From Acidimicrobiia bacterium (GTDB taxonomy: Bacteria; Actinomycetota; Acidimicrobiia; Spongiisociales; Spongiisociaceae), in contig JBFGLM010000041.1 of NCBI GenBank assembly GCA_041576165.1, forward strand, positions 1 to 41,172: 41,172 nt of DNA, given 5' to 3'. The notes below the pieces were generated by a model, which saw nothing but the letters and a program-made list of their open reading frames with translations, was not told the DNA's origin and ran no database searches. Below, in pieces: positions 19,215 to 27,187 of this stretch; within the stretch, counting starts at the first letter, position 1; every line of letters begins with the position of its first letter. A program made the position numbers and the translations under genes.

Positions 19215-20185
19215 CACCATCCACGGAAACGCTTCTCGCGTTGCATCGCACCATGACCACCATCCGATTGTTCGAGGAGAGGGTCACGAAGGAGTACCGC
19301 CGGGGTGACATGCCCGGGTTTGTACACACCTACATCGGGGCCGAAGCGGTGGCGGCCGGGGTGTGCGCGAACCTCACGGACGACGACCTCATTGCCAGCA
19401 CGCACCGCGGCCACGGCCACTGCATCGCCAAGGGTTGTTCGCTGGCCGGGATGCTGGCCGAGCTCTACGGGCGCGAAAGTGGCCTCTGTAAAGGTCGGGG
19501 CGGTTCGATGCACATCGCTGATTTCGAGCGGGGGATGCTGGGGGCCAACGCCATCGTCGGCGGCAGCATCGCGCTGGCCACCGGTGGCGCGCTGGCCCAG
19601 CAGGTGAACGGAACTGCGAATGTGGCGGTGAGCTTCTTCGGCGACGGTGCCGCTGGCCAGGGTTCACTGTACGAGTCGATGAATCTCGCCTCGATCTGGA
19701 ACCTACCGGTGATATATGTGTGCGAGAACAACGGGTGGGCCGAGTCGACCCCCGGCTCGTACGCGCACAGTATCGAGGACCTGGCGCAGCGAGCGGCCGG
19801 GTTCTCGATTCCCGGTCATGTGGTGGACGGGGCCGACGTGGCTGAGGTGTATACGGTGGCCGGTGAGGCAATCGAGCGGGCAAGGGGCGGGGGCGGCCCG
19901 AGTTTCATCGAGGCCAAAACCCCCCGCATCTCCGGTCACTACCTGGGCGATCCCGAGGGCTACCGGAATGAAGAGGATCGGGATTCGGCCGCCGCCCGGG
20001 ACCCGCTGGCGAGCTTGCGGAAGCGACTGTCGGAGGCCGGCGCGTTGTCCGCGGCGGACGTGGCGGCGCTCGAAGCCGAGATCGTCGAGGCGCTGGATCG
20101 TGGGGTCGAGGCGGCCAAGGAGGCGCCGTGGCCCGCGGCGGAGGCGGTCGACCACCATGTCTATGCGGGAGGCGACGATGGCTGA
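19211..20185 (+). CDS. acoA: TPP-dependent dehydrogenase E1 alpha subunit, acetoin-dehydrogenase (AcoA)-like
   Basis: STHRGHGHCIAKG, CKGRGGSMHIAD, TPP motif GDGA...VCENN. The family call is firm; the acoA symbol reflects resemblance only. Confidence 0.85.
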   Translation: MTPSTETLLALHRTMTTIRLFEERVTKEYRRGDMPGFVHTYIGAEAVAAGVCANLTDDDLIASTHRGHGHCIAKGCSLAGMLAELYGRESGLCKGRGGSMHIADFERGMLGANAIVGGSIALATGGALAQQVNGTANVAVSFFGDGAAGQGSLYESMNLASIWNLPVIYVCENNGWAESTPGSYAHSIEDLAQRAAGFSIPGHVVDGADVAEVYTVAGEAIERARGGGGPSFIEAKTPRISGHYLGDPEGYRNEEDRDSAAARDPLASLRKRLSEAGALSAADVAALEAEIVEALDRGVEAAKEAPWPAAEAVDHHVYAGGDDG

Positions 20186-21197
20186 TCGCCAATTGACCAT
20201 GGTGCAGGCAGTCGGGGAGGCCATGTACCAGGCGATGGAGGACGACGAAAAGGTCGTCGTCTACGGCGAGGACGTTGTCGGTGGTGCCGGCCTGGGCGAA
20301 CCGTATGAGGGATCGATGGGCGGCACGTTCGGGGCCACCAAGTCGCTCTTCTCCGCCTTTGGTCCATCGCGGGTGCGGGACACCCCCATCTCGGAGGCGG
20401 CGATTGTCGGGGTTGCCGCCGGGGCGGCCGCGGCCGGCATCCGGCCGGTCGTGGACATGATGTGGTCAAGCTTCACGCCGCTGGCGTTCGACCAGATCTA
20501 CAACCAGGCAGCCAAGATGCGCTACATGTTCGGCGGCCAGGCCCGAGTGCCGCTGGTGCTGCGGATGGCGATCGGGGCCGGGCTGGGCGCGGCCGGCCAG
20601 CATTCAGACACGTTGTACTCGCTGTTCACTCATCTCCCCGGTGTGAAGGTGGTGGTGCCGACCAGCGCCTACGACGCCAAGGGCTTGCTGCGGTCGGCCA
20701 TCTTCGATGACAACCCGGTACTGGTCTTCGAGCACATGAAGCTGTACAACACGCGCTCCGAAGTGCCCGAGGAGCGGTACACCATCCCGCTGGGCTCGGC
20801 GGCGGTGCTACGGCCGGGGGACGATGTCACGATGGTCGGCATCGCAGCGATGGCACATGTGGCACTGCAAGCCGCCGATGCGCTCGCCGAGGAGGGGGTC
20901 AGCGTCGAGGTCGTCGACCCTCGAACCCTGTCGCCACTCGACGAGGACACGATCGTGGAATCAGTCGAGCGGACCCGGCGGTTGATCATCGTGGACGAGA
21001 GCCCGCCCCGTTGCAGCATCGCTACTGACATCGCCGCCATCGTCGGGGAGCGGGCGTTCGGGACGCTGTCCGCCCCGGTGCAGCGGATCACCTCACCGCA
21101 CACACCGGTCCCACTCAGCCCGCCGCTGGAAGATGCGTACATTCCCGATGTGGGACGGGTCATGGATGCGGTTCGGTCGGTGTTGGCGACGGCGTGA
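20178..21197 (+). CDS. acoB: TPP-dependent dehydrogenase E1 beta subunit, AcoB-like
   Basis: GEDVVGGAG...GG insertion typical of AcoB, DTPISE, YMFGGQARVP, AGQHS, PRCSIATDIAA, PHTPVPLSPPLE. Confidence 0.85.
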   Translation: MADRQLTMVQAVGEAMYQAMEDDEKVVVYGEDVVGGAGLGEPYEGSMGGTFGATKSLFSAFGPSRVRDTPISEAAIVGVAAGAAAAGIRPVVDMMWSSFTPLAFDQIYNQAAKMRYMFGGQARVPLVLRMAIGAGLGAAGQHSDTLYSLFTHLPGVKVVVPTSAYDAKGLLRSAIFDDNPVLVFEHMKLYNTRSEVPEERYTIPLGSAAVLRPGDDVTMVGIAAMAHVALQAADALAEEGVSVEVVDPRTLSPLDEDTIVESVERTRRLIIVDESPPRCSIATDIAAIVGERAFGTLSAPVQRITSPHTPVPLSPPLEDAYIPDVGRVMDAVRSVLATA

Positions 21198-21295
21198 TCG
21201 GTGGGCGGCGCGGTGCCGCCGGCCTGACGCGGTTGTGCCGCCCTCCCGGGGCTCGGCTGGGAGTCGCCAGCTGGCCGGACGGCCGGCTGGTTCGT

Positions 21296-21339
21296 CGAGC
21301 CTTCGGCGCTGGGGGCCCCTGAGGGTAACCCCTTAGGAA
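21296..21339. repeat. Intergenic repeat, copy 2
   Basis: cgagccttcggcgctgggggcccctgagggtaaccccttaggaa, a direct repeat of 6560-6608. Confidence 0.7.
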
Positions 21340-21372
21340 GGCCGCGCGGCGCCCCGGGGTGGCGGTTGGCGT

Positions 21373-21648
21373 TCAGCCGCCGAGGCTCGCCACCAAATCG
21401 TCGATCGGCGGTACCAGGGTCTGCTGAGCCGGGCAGGTCCTGACCCAGTCGTTCCGGTCTGGTGTTGCGCCGCAGCCGTCGGTGTGCCGTCGGAGGTTGC
21501 GTAGCAGATCGAGTGCCGCTCCAGAATCGCCCGCGGTGATTGCCGCTTCCGTGTCGGCCAGGATGCTCAACATGGCAGTCCGGATCCCGCCGTCGAGAAG
21601 CAGAGCCAGGTAGCGGTCAGCATGATCTTCAAGGCCTGGTGTCCGCAT
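21373..21648 (-). pseudogene. Probable orphan C-terminal fragment of a secreted protein
   Basis: ...AALDLLRNLRRHTDGCGATPDRNDWVRTCPAQQTLVPPIDDLVASLGG resembles the helical two-Cys C-terminal module of large secreted proteins. No signal peptide or clear RBS. Confidence 0.4.
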
Positions 21649-21718
21649 TGAGTCGGTGCAGCCGACCCCTCGCCCGCCCTCGATGGTCTGACAGACTGCA
21701 GCTATCGAGGAGGGACGC

Positions 21719-22111
21719 GTGAAATTCGAGAAGATTGAGACGGCCAATGTCCGCTCGGCTGGCAGGCGGCCGTACAGCCCGGCGTTGCGAGTCGGCGACC
21801 AACTGTATGTGTCGGGACAGGTACCGATCGACGCCGATGGCAACACGGTCGGGCCCGGCGACCCGGCGGCCCAATGGCGCCAGTGCTTCGAGAACATCAA
21901 GGAACTGGTCGAAGCCGCCGGCGGGACCATGGCCGACATGTACTTCCTCAATATCTACGTCACCGACATGCGGGTGTACATGGACCACGGCGAGATCCGC
22001 AAGGACTATCTGTCGGAGCCCTATCCGGCGTCGACGGTGATCCAGGTCGGTTCGCTGGCGATGCCGGACTGGTTCATCGAATTGGAGGCGTCGGTCTACC
22101 TGGGTGATTGA
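21719..22111 (+). CDS. RidA/YjgF/UK114 family protein
   Basis: PYSPALRVGDQLYVSGQVP, IR...YPASTVIQVGSLAMPDWFIELEA. RBS GAGGAGG. Confidence 0.92.
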   Translation: MKFEKIETANVRSAGRRPYSPALRVGDQLYVSGQVPIDADGNTVGPGDPAAQWRQCFENIKELVEAAGGTMADMYFLNIYVTDMRVYMDHGEIRKDYLSEPYPASTVIQVGSLAMPDWFIELEASVYLGD

Positions 22112-22156
22112 GCAGAAGCCTGCAGCCGGCGGAGGGTTGCCGCCGTTGGCGGCCGA

Positions 22157-22333
22157 TCAGATGGTGATCACGTCGTAGCGGTCCGCCATCGGATCTGCGG
22201 TTGCGAAAGTCAGTCCCTCAGTGATCGACTGGCCAATGAGGACGCGATCGAACGGATTGCGATGACGGTCGGGTAGTCGCGCCGCAGCCTCGGCGTGCTT
22301 CCCGCGAATCGCCAGCTGAATATGAGATGCGAT
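22157..22333 (-). pseudogene. vapC: 5'-truncated VapC (PIN) toxin remnant
   Basis: Manual translation IASHIQLAIRGKHAEAAARLPDRHRNPFDRVLIGQSITEGLTFATADPMADRYDVITI* matches the PIN C-terminus 'LP.HHRDPFDR.LIAQA..E.L...T.D'. Preceded by an in-frame TAA, no start codon. Confidence 0.75.
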
Positions 22334-22579
22334 TTACGCGCGCACCTGTGCCGCGGCGGTCCCGCCATCGTCTGTGACCAGCGCCTGTACGGTCGCCCCG
22401 CCCGGCACGGCCCGGACCAACTCCATGTTCCAGCGTGTCTAGTCATCCTCACGATCGCCCTGGCCCTTCGCCGTGGCTGCACGCACCATCATGGGCCTTC
22501 CCCTCGCCCGGTGATGCCACTGGGGTGGGTGCGACAAGAACCAGACCGCGCGACCAACAATCCGATGAAACCAATACCG

Positions 22580-22596
22580 TCTTCACAACATCTTCA
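22580..22596 (+). promoter_or_regulatory. Putative OmpR-type tandem binding site (TCTTCA-N5-TCTTCA)
   Basis: Direct hexamer repeat with an 11-bp period ~47 bp upstream of the 22643 gene, next to an OmpR-family regulator. Confidence 0.5.
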
Positions 22597-22642
22597 TGCC
22601 GGGCCGCTGTGATGGGCAGGCAGCATACGAGGAGGTATAGAG

Positions 22643-23221
22643 ATGTGGAAGCGCATGTGGCTCGCCCTCGCGGCAGCGACCGTGTTGGTCGTCGCTGCCG
22701 TAACGGTCGCAGCGGCCACCGACACCCCGCCGGCGCCCACCCCGGCCGAGGCCGAACAATCCCAGCGTCTCGATGACCACGACCACGACCACGCCGAGGA
22801 CTGCAAGCTCGGTGGGGAGCTGTCGCCGGATGAGCTGGCTGAGCTGAACGCGGAGACGGCGGCGCTGGCGGAGCATCTGAGCAGTCGTGGGTTTGCGGTC
22901 ACGGTTGCGACCAGGGCGGACGGGTTGGATGAGCTGGTGTTCGATGAGGAGAACGGGGCGATCTGGGAGGCGATCGAGCAGTTCTACATCGAGTCGTTCA
23001 TGGCCGAGGTGGCGGAATGGTCGGAGGCGGAGAAGGCGGAGTGGAACGCCGACGTCGAGGCGGAGGTGGCCGAGCTGGTGGCGTTGGGTATCGCAGTCGA
23101 GGTCGAGGAGATCGCCGACGGGGTGTATGACATCGTCTGGACCGAGGAGCTCGAACGCCGGCTCGACGAGCTGTGGCACGAGGCGGAACTCGACAAGCAG
23201 CCGGAGGCGGCGACAGGGTGA
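22643..23221 (+). CDS. Secreted, highly acidic protein with a His/Asp tract and two internal repeats
   Basis: RBS GAGGAGGT, signal peptide, DDHDHDHAED, and duplicated ~45-aa units. Confidence 0.8.
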   Translation: MWKRMWLALAAATVLVVAAVTVAAATDTPPAPTPAEAEQSQRLDDHDHDHAEDCKLGGELSPDELAELNAETAALAEHLSSRGFAVTVATRADGLDELVFDEENGAIWEAIEQFYIESFMAEVAEWSEAEKAEWNADVEAEVAELVALGIAVEVEEIADGVYDIVWTEELERRLDELWHEAELDKQPEAATG

Positions 23222-23294
23222 CCGCCCTCGAGCGCACGTATCAGGGGATTGGTCCGACCGGGCCGATCCCCCTGTCGTGTGCGAACATCGCCAG

Positions 23295-23972
23295 ATGAAA
23301 GGGCGCATCGTCCTGGCTGAGGATGACCCCCGCCAGGCCCGCATCCTCACCCTCTATCTGGAGCGGGAAGGCCACTCAGTGGTCGTTGCCGAGGACGGCC
23401 TCCACGCCATCGAAGAGTTCCGCCGTCGCCTCCCCGACCTGCTGATCCTCGACGTGATGATGCCCAACCTCGACGGCCACGACGTGTGCCGCATCGTCCG
23501 GGCCGAATCAGACGTGCCGATCCTGCTCCTCACCGCCCGCAGCAGCGAGGACGACGTGCTGGTCGGCCTCGACCTCGGCGCCGACGACTACATCACCAAG
23601 CCGTACCGGTCGCGAGAAGTGATGGCCCGGGTCCGGGCGCTGCTCCGCCGCCACCGCCGGGCGATGAGCGAACCGACCGCGTTCAGCTACCGCGACCTGG
23701 TGATCGATCCGCTGCGTCGCACCGTGACACAGGGTGAAGATGAGGTGGTGCTGACCGCGTCGGAGTTCGACATCCTCGCGACCCTGACCGCCGCGCCGGG
23801 CCGGGTGTTTACGCGGACCGAGCTGCTGGAACGGGTGATGGGCTTTGATCACGACAGCCTGGAGCGGACGATCGATGTGCACGTCCGCAACATCCGCCGC
23901 AAGCTCGGCGACGACGCCCGTCAACCCCGCTACGTCGCCACCGTGGTGGGCGTCGGTTACCGGGCACCGTGA
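23295..23972 (+). CDS. OmpR/PhoB-family response regulator
   Basis: LAEDD, LILDVMMP, LLTA, GADDYITKP, RTIDVHVRNIRRKL, TVVGVGY. ATG 23295 is internal to the track ORF. Confidence 0.95.
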   Translation: MKGRIVLAEDDPRQARILTLYLEREGHSVVVAEDGLHAIEEFRRRLPDLLILDVMMPNLDGHDVCRIVRAESDVPILLLTARSSEDDVLVGLDLGADDYITKPYRSREVMARVRALLRRHRRAMSEPTAFSYRDLVIDPLRRTVTQGEDEVVLTASEFDILATLTAAPGRVFTRTELLERVMGFDHDSLERTIDVHVRNIRRKLGDDARQPRYVATVVGVGYRAP

Positions 23973-25450
23973 TGCAGAGCCTGCGCGGCCGCCTGACTCT
24001 GACCATCGCCGGGCTGGCGTTGCTGGCGGTGGTTGTGACCACGGTGGCGGTAGCAGTCACCACCAGTGACGCCCTCGAGGGCACCCTCGCCGAGCAACGG
24101 GAGGCAGAGGCGGTGATCACCGAGACACTCAACATCGCCGCGTTCGAAGTGGAGACGTGGCCGGAGCTGCAGCCCACCGCCGACGACTTGGCTGAGGACT
24201 TCGAGGCGAGGATCGTCCTGACCGATGTCGACGGGCGGCGGCTGATCGACACCGGCGCGGGCAACCTCCCGCCGATCGAAGGCGTGATCGACCCGTTCGG
24301 GGCGCTTGCCGAGTTCGGCGAGACGATCCCGCCCGAGGTCGAGCTCTTCAACGATGCGCTGCGGGCCTGCCTGGAAGAGGAGGGCATCCCCTATGAGCTG
24401 GACGAGTTCGGAGATGTCTTCGTGGTGGACGGAGGGGCAGACGACCTGGCGGTCGGCGGTTGCTACGACTTCGCGGCGGTGTCCCTGTCCGATGAGCTGA
24501 GCGGCATCAAGGAGCCGGCGCTGTTGTTCATCGGCTTCTCGGTGACTCCATCGGTGCCCTGGGTGCTGATCGCGGTCATCGCCGCGGGCGTCATCGTCAT
24601 CGCTGCGGGGGCCGCAACGGGCCTCTCTGGCTATCTCACCAAGCCCCTTCAGGCGCTGGCGTCGGCCGCCCGCGCGGTGCGCCAGGGTGACCTGGACGTG
24701 CGGGTGGACGCGGTGCCTCCGTCCGAGGTGGCGGACCTGGCGGACTCGTTCAACGACATGACCGAGGAGCTGGCCAGAGCCGAGGTGCGGCGCCGCCAGC
24801 TGACCGCCGACGTGGCGCACGAGCTGCGCTCACCGCTGACAAACATCTTGAGCCACCTCGACGCCATCGACGACGGAGTGATCGAACCGACCCCCGACCA
24901 GATACAGATCGTCACCTCCGAGGCGCTGCGGCTGACCCACCTCGTCGATGATCTCCAGACGCTGGCGGCGATGGACGGGCATTCACTGACGTTGCACCCG
25001 GCACCGACCGACCTGACCCGGGTGGTCGATGTGGCGATCGAAGCGCGGCAAGGTCGGGCGCTGGAGAAGGACATCACCGTGGTGCGGGAGGGTCATTGCG
25101 GTGATGTCACGGTCGACCGGAAGCGGTTCGACCAGATCGTCGGCAACCTGTTGGATAATGCGCTTGAACACACCCCGGACGGCGGAACTGTGGCCATCAC
25201 GATGAGCGACGGCGCGGCCGGCGTCGAAATCGCGGTATCGGACACCGGGCCCGGGATCGACGATGACTTGCTCCCCTACGTGTTTGACCGCCTCAGCCGG
25301 GCCGACACCTCTCGCACCCCCGGCCATGGCGGCCGCGGCCTGGGCCTCGCCATCGCCCGCGGCCTGGCTCGAGCCCACGGCGGCGACATATCGGCCGAGA
25401 ACCTGGCTGGCGGAGGAGCGCGGTTTGTGGTGAGAGTGCCGCGCGGGTAG
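23969..25450 (+). CDS. Sensor histidine kinase (HAMP-HisKA-HATPase, BaeS-like)
   Basis: Two TM helices, HAMP (EVADLADSFNDM), H-box DVAHELRSPL, N-box NLLDNALEH, DTGPG, GRGLGLAIA. Confidence 0.95.
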   Translation: MMQSLRGRLTLTIAGLALLAVVVTTVAVAVTTSDALEGTLAEQREAEAVITETLNIAAFEVETWPELQPTADDLAEDFEARIVLTDVDGRRLIDTGAGNLPPIEGVIDPFGALAEFGETIPPEVELFNDALRACLEEEGIPYELDEFGDVFVVDGGADDLAVGGCYDFAAVSLSDELSGIKEPALLFIGFSVTPSVPWVLIAVIAAGVIVIAAGAATGLSGYLTKPLQALASAARAVRQGDLDVRVDAVPPSEVADLADSFNDMTEELARAEVRRRQLTADVAHELRSPLTNILSHLDAIDDGVIEPTPDQIQIVTSEALRLTHLVDDLQTLAAMDGHSLTLHPAPTDLTRVVDVAIEARQGRALEKDITVVREGHCGDVTVDRKRFDQIVGNLLDNALEHTPDGGTVAITMSDGAAGVEIAVSDTGPGIDDDLLPYVFDRLSRADTSRTPGHGGRGLGLAIARGLARAHGGDISAENLAGGGARFVVRVPRG

Positions 25451-25503
25451 GACCGCCCAACCTCAGTCAGAGAGATCAACGTGGCATCGCCTATATCAGA
25501 CGG

Positions 25504-25617
25504 AAACCCGAGTCGTCTCTATTGGTGCCGATGCCCGTGCCACCTGCCCGTGCCACCAGACCCCGAGGCGATACGGAGCCACGGTCCCGGCCAGGTCCGC
25601 CGTCACGACCTCGGGTT
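25504..25617. repeat. Small inverted-repeat element containing a 13-bp tandem duplication
   Basis: Imperfect arms aacccgagtcgt / acgacctcgggtt. tgcccgtgccacc occurs twice at 25532-25557. Lies between convergent genes. Confidence 0.45.
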
Positions 25618-25640
25618 CTCTCGGCTTACAGCCGGCGTGG

Positions 25641-26900
25641 TCAAACCCGCACCCACACGCCAAGCCGGTTCGGGTGCACGGTCGCCGCCGCAGTCGTGGT
25701 CAGGTCCGTGGTCACCGCCTCCAGCTCACGGCGGTCCCGCAGCCGGATGGCTAATCCGTCCACGATGAGCTGGGCGTCGTAGCGCGCCCGGTTGAAGCGC
25801 CGGTCGACCACCTTCTGGACCCAGCGCAACAGCGGTCTGAAAACCCCTGCGGCGGCAAGGGTTGCTGTCGCCACCAGCCACGGCGGTGTGCCTTGGTCGC
25901 CGAAACTGCTGGCCGGCAGGACCACCACCAATGCGAACACGCCGAGGACGAGTCCGGTGACGACCAGGTGGGAGACGGTTCGCGAGATCAGCCGGTCGAT
26001 CTCGAACAGCCGGTAGCGAAGTACCGCCACCGCCATCGCTCCTGCCAGGAGAGGAGGTACCGCTACCCCCAAGAGGCTGCCGAGAAAGTTCCCGGCCGGC
26101 GTGTTCTCGAGTGCTACACCGGCAATCCAGAATGGCATCACCACGAGCACGACCAGCGCGAGCACCTTGAGCTGCTGACGCTCGATCCCCCGTGCGCGGC
26201 GGTATCGCCACACAAGCGAGACGGCACCGGCGATCATCGCCGCGAGCACCAGGAAAGCGCCGACTGCCCCGAGACCGCCCCACAAGGTCGCGCCGCCGGG
26301 GAAGTCGAGACCTAGGGGGTTGTCGATCCTGTCGAACCCGGACTCGAGCGGAGCGTCACAGGGAGGGACGGTGCCGTCGCTGCCGGGCTGCCTGATCGTG
26401 ATGCATGGTCGGGTGAGGCCCCAGCCGAGAACGGCGAGGGTTCCAAATCCGGCGGCAGCGGCAACGGGCCGCCACCGCGGTGACGGCAGAATGCCGTTCG
26501 GGTAGAGCAGCAACCCGAAGGCGGCGAAAAGCGAGATCGCGGCGAAGAACCCCAGCTCCGAGAAGAACGAGAACGCGCCTCCGGTGGTCCCGAGCCCTTT
26601 GGCCAAGAGGTCGGCGAGCACGCTGATCATCGTCATGAGAGGGGCGGCGGTCATGAGCCACAAGAAGCGGTTCCGAGGACGCCGCGCCATGAGCAGTGCT
26701 GCCACCACACCCAGCACGGTGATCCCGGTGGCCATCATCGCCTCGCCCTGCGCCGGCTCGTTGTCAGGCCACCACCACGGCATGGTGACCCGTATGCCCC
26801 AGATCACGAGGAGCAGTGTCAGCGATACACGCGCGACGAAGCGTCCCAGCCCGGGAAACCTGCCCAACCGCGCTTCTGGGACCGCGGAACCAACCGACAT
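25641..26900 (-). CDS. Polytopic membrane protein resembling the membrane input region of sensor kinases, without an output domain
   Basis: About 10 TM helices and motifs LLYPNGILPSPRWRPV, NPLG, ERQQLK, AVLRYRLFEIDRLISR, VDRRFNRARYD. Start could be 26921. Confidence 0.8.
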   Translation of the reverse strand: MSVGSAVPEARLGRFPGLGRFVARVSLTLLLVIWGIRVTMPWWWPDNEPAQGEAMMATGITVLGVVAALLMARRPRNRFLWLMTAAPLMTMISVLADLLAKGLGTTGGAFSFFSELGFFAAISLFAAFGLLLYPNGILPSPRWRPVAAAAGFGTLAVLGWGLTRPCITIRQPGSDGTVPPCDAPLESGFDRIDNPLGLDFPGGATLWGGLGAVGAFLVLAAMIAGAVSLVWRYRRARGIERQQLKVLALVVLVVMPFWIAGVALENTPAGNFLGSLLGVAVPPLLAGAMAVAVLRYRLFEIDRLISRTVSHLVVTGLVLGVFALVVVLPASSFGDQGTPPWLVATATLAAAGVFRPLLRWVQKVVDRRFNRARYDAQLIVDGLAIRLRDRRELEAVTTDLTTTAAATVHPNRLGVWVRV

Positions 26901-26968
26901 TGCGTCACCCGACGAGTTCAATGAGCGGCAACCACGCCGGCTCGATGCTGCATCATTGCCGGCGACCG

Positions 26969-26996
26969 GTTACGGAATCGTTACGGCAGGGTACGG
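26969..26996. promoter_or_regulatory. Three helically phased G(T/G)TACGG direct repeats
   Basis: TACGG at 26971, 26982 and 26992 in the divergent region between the membrane protein and the CHAT gene. Confidence 0.4.
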
Positions 26997-27187
26997 CGCC
27001 TCACAACCCGGCGGATCGTTGAGGGGATAGCGCCGTCTCCGGCCGCGGAATGTGAACCATGGCTCTGCGGGCGGAGCCTCCCGGACGGCACTCAGTGCGC
27101 AAAGCCCAGCACAATGCGCGGTTTGGTCGGTAGGCTGCGGATGTCCGCTTCCAGGGTGCCGGGATCCGCGAATACCTGCCGTTCGAC

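Noticed and set aside
19716-20177. N-terminal extension of E1beta suggesting a fusion
   Set aside because: Overlaps E1alpha in another frame. The true start is ATG 20178 with RBS GGAGG. The same applies to the track extensions at 3403, 18615, 22887 and 39806.
19211-21197. Calling E1 the housekeeping pyruvate dehydrogenase
   Set aside because: AcoB-type insertion, no full E2/E3, and it is embedded in a catabolic operon.
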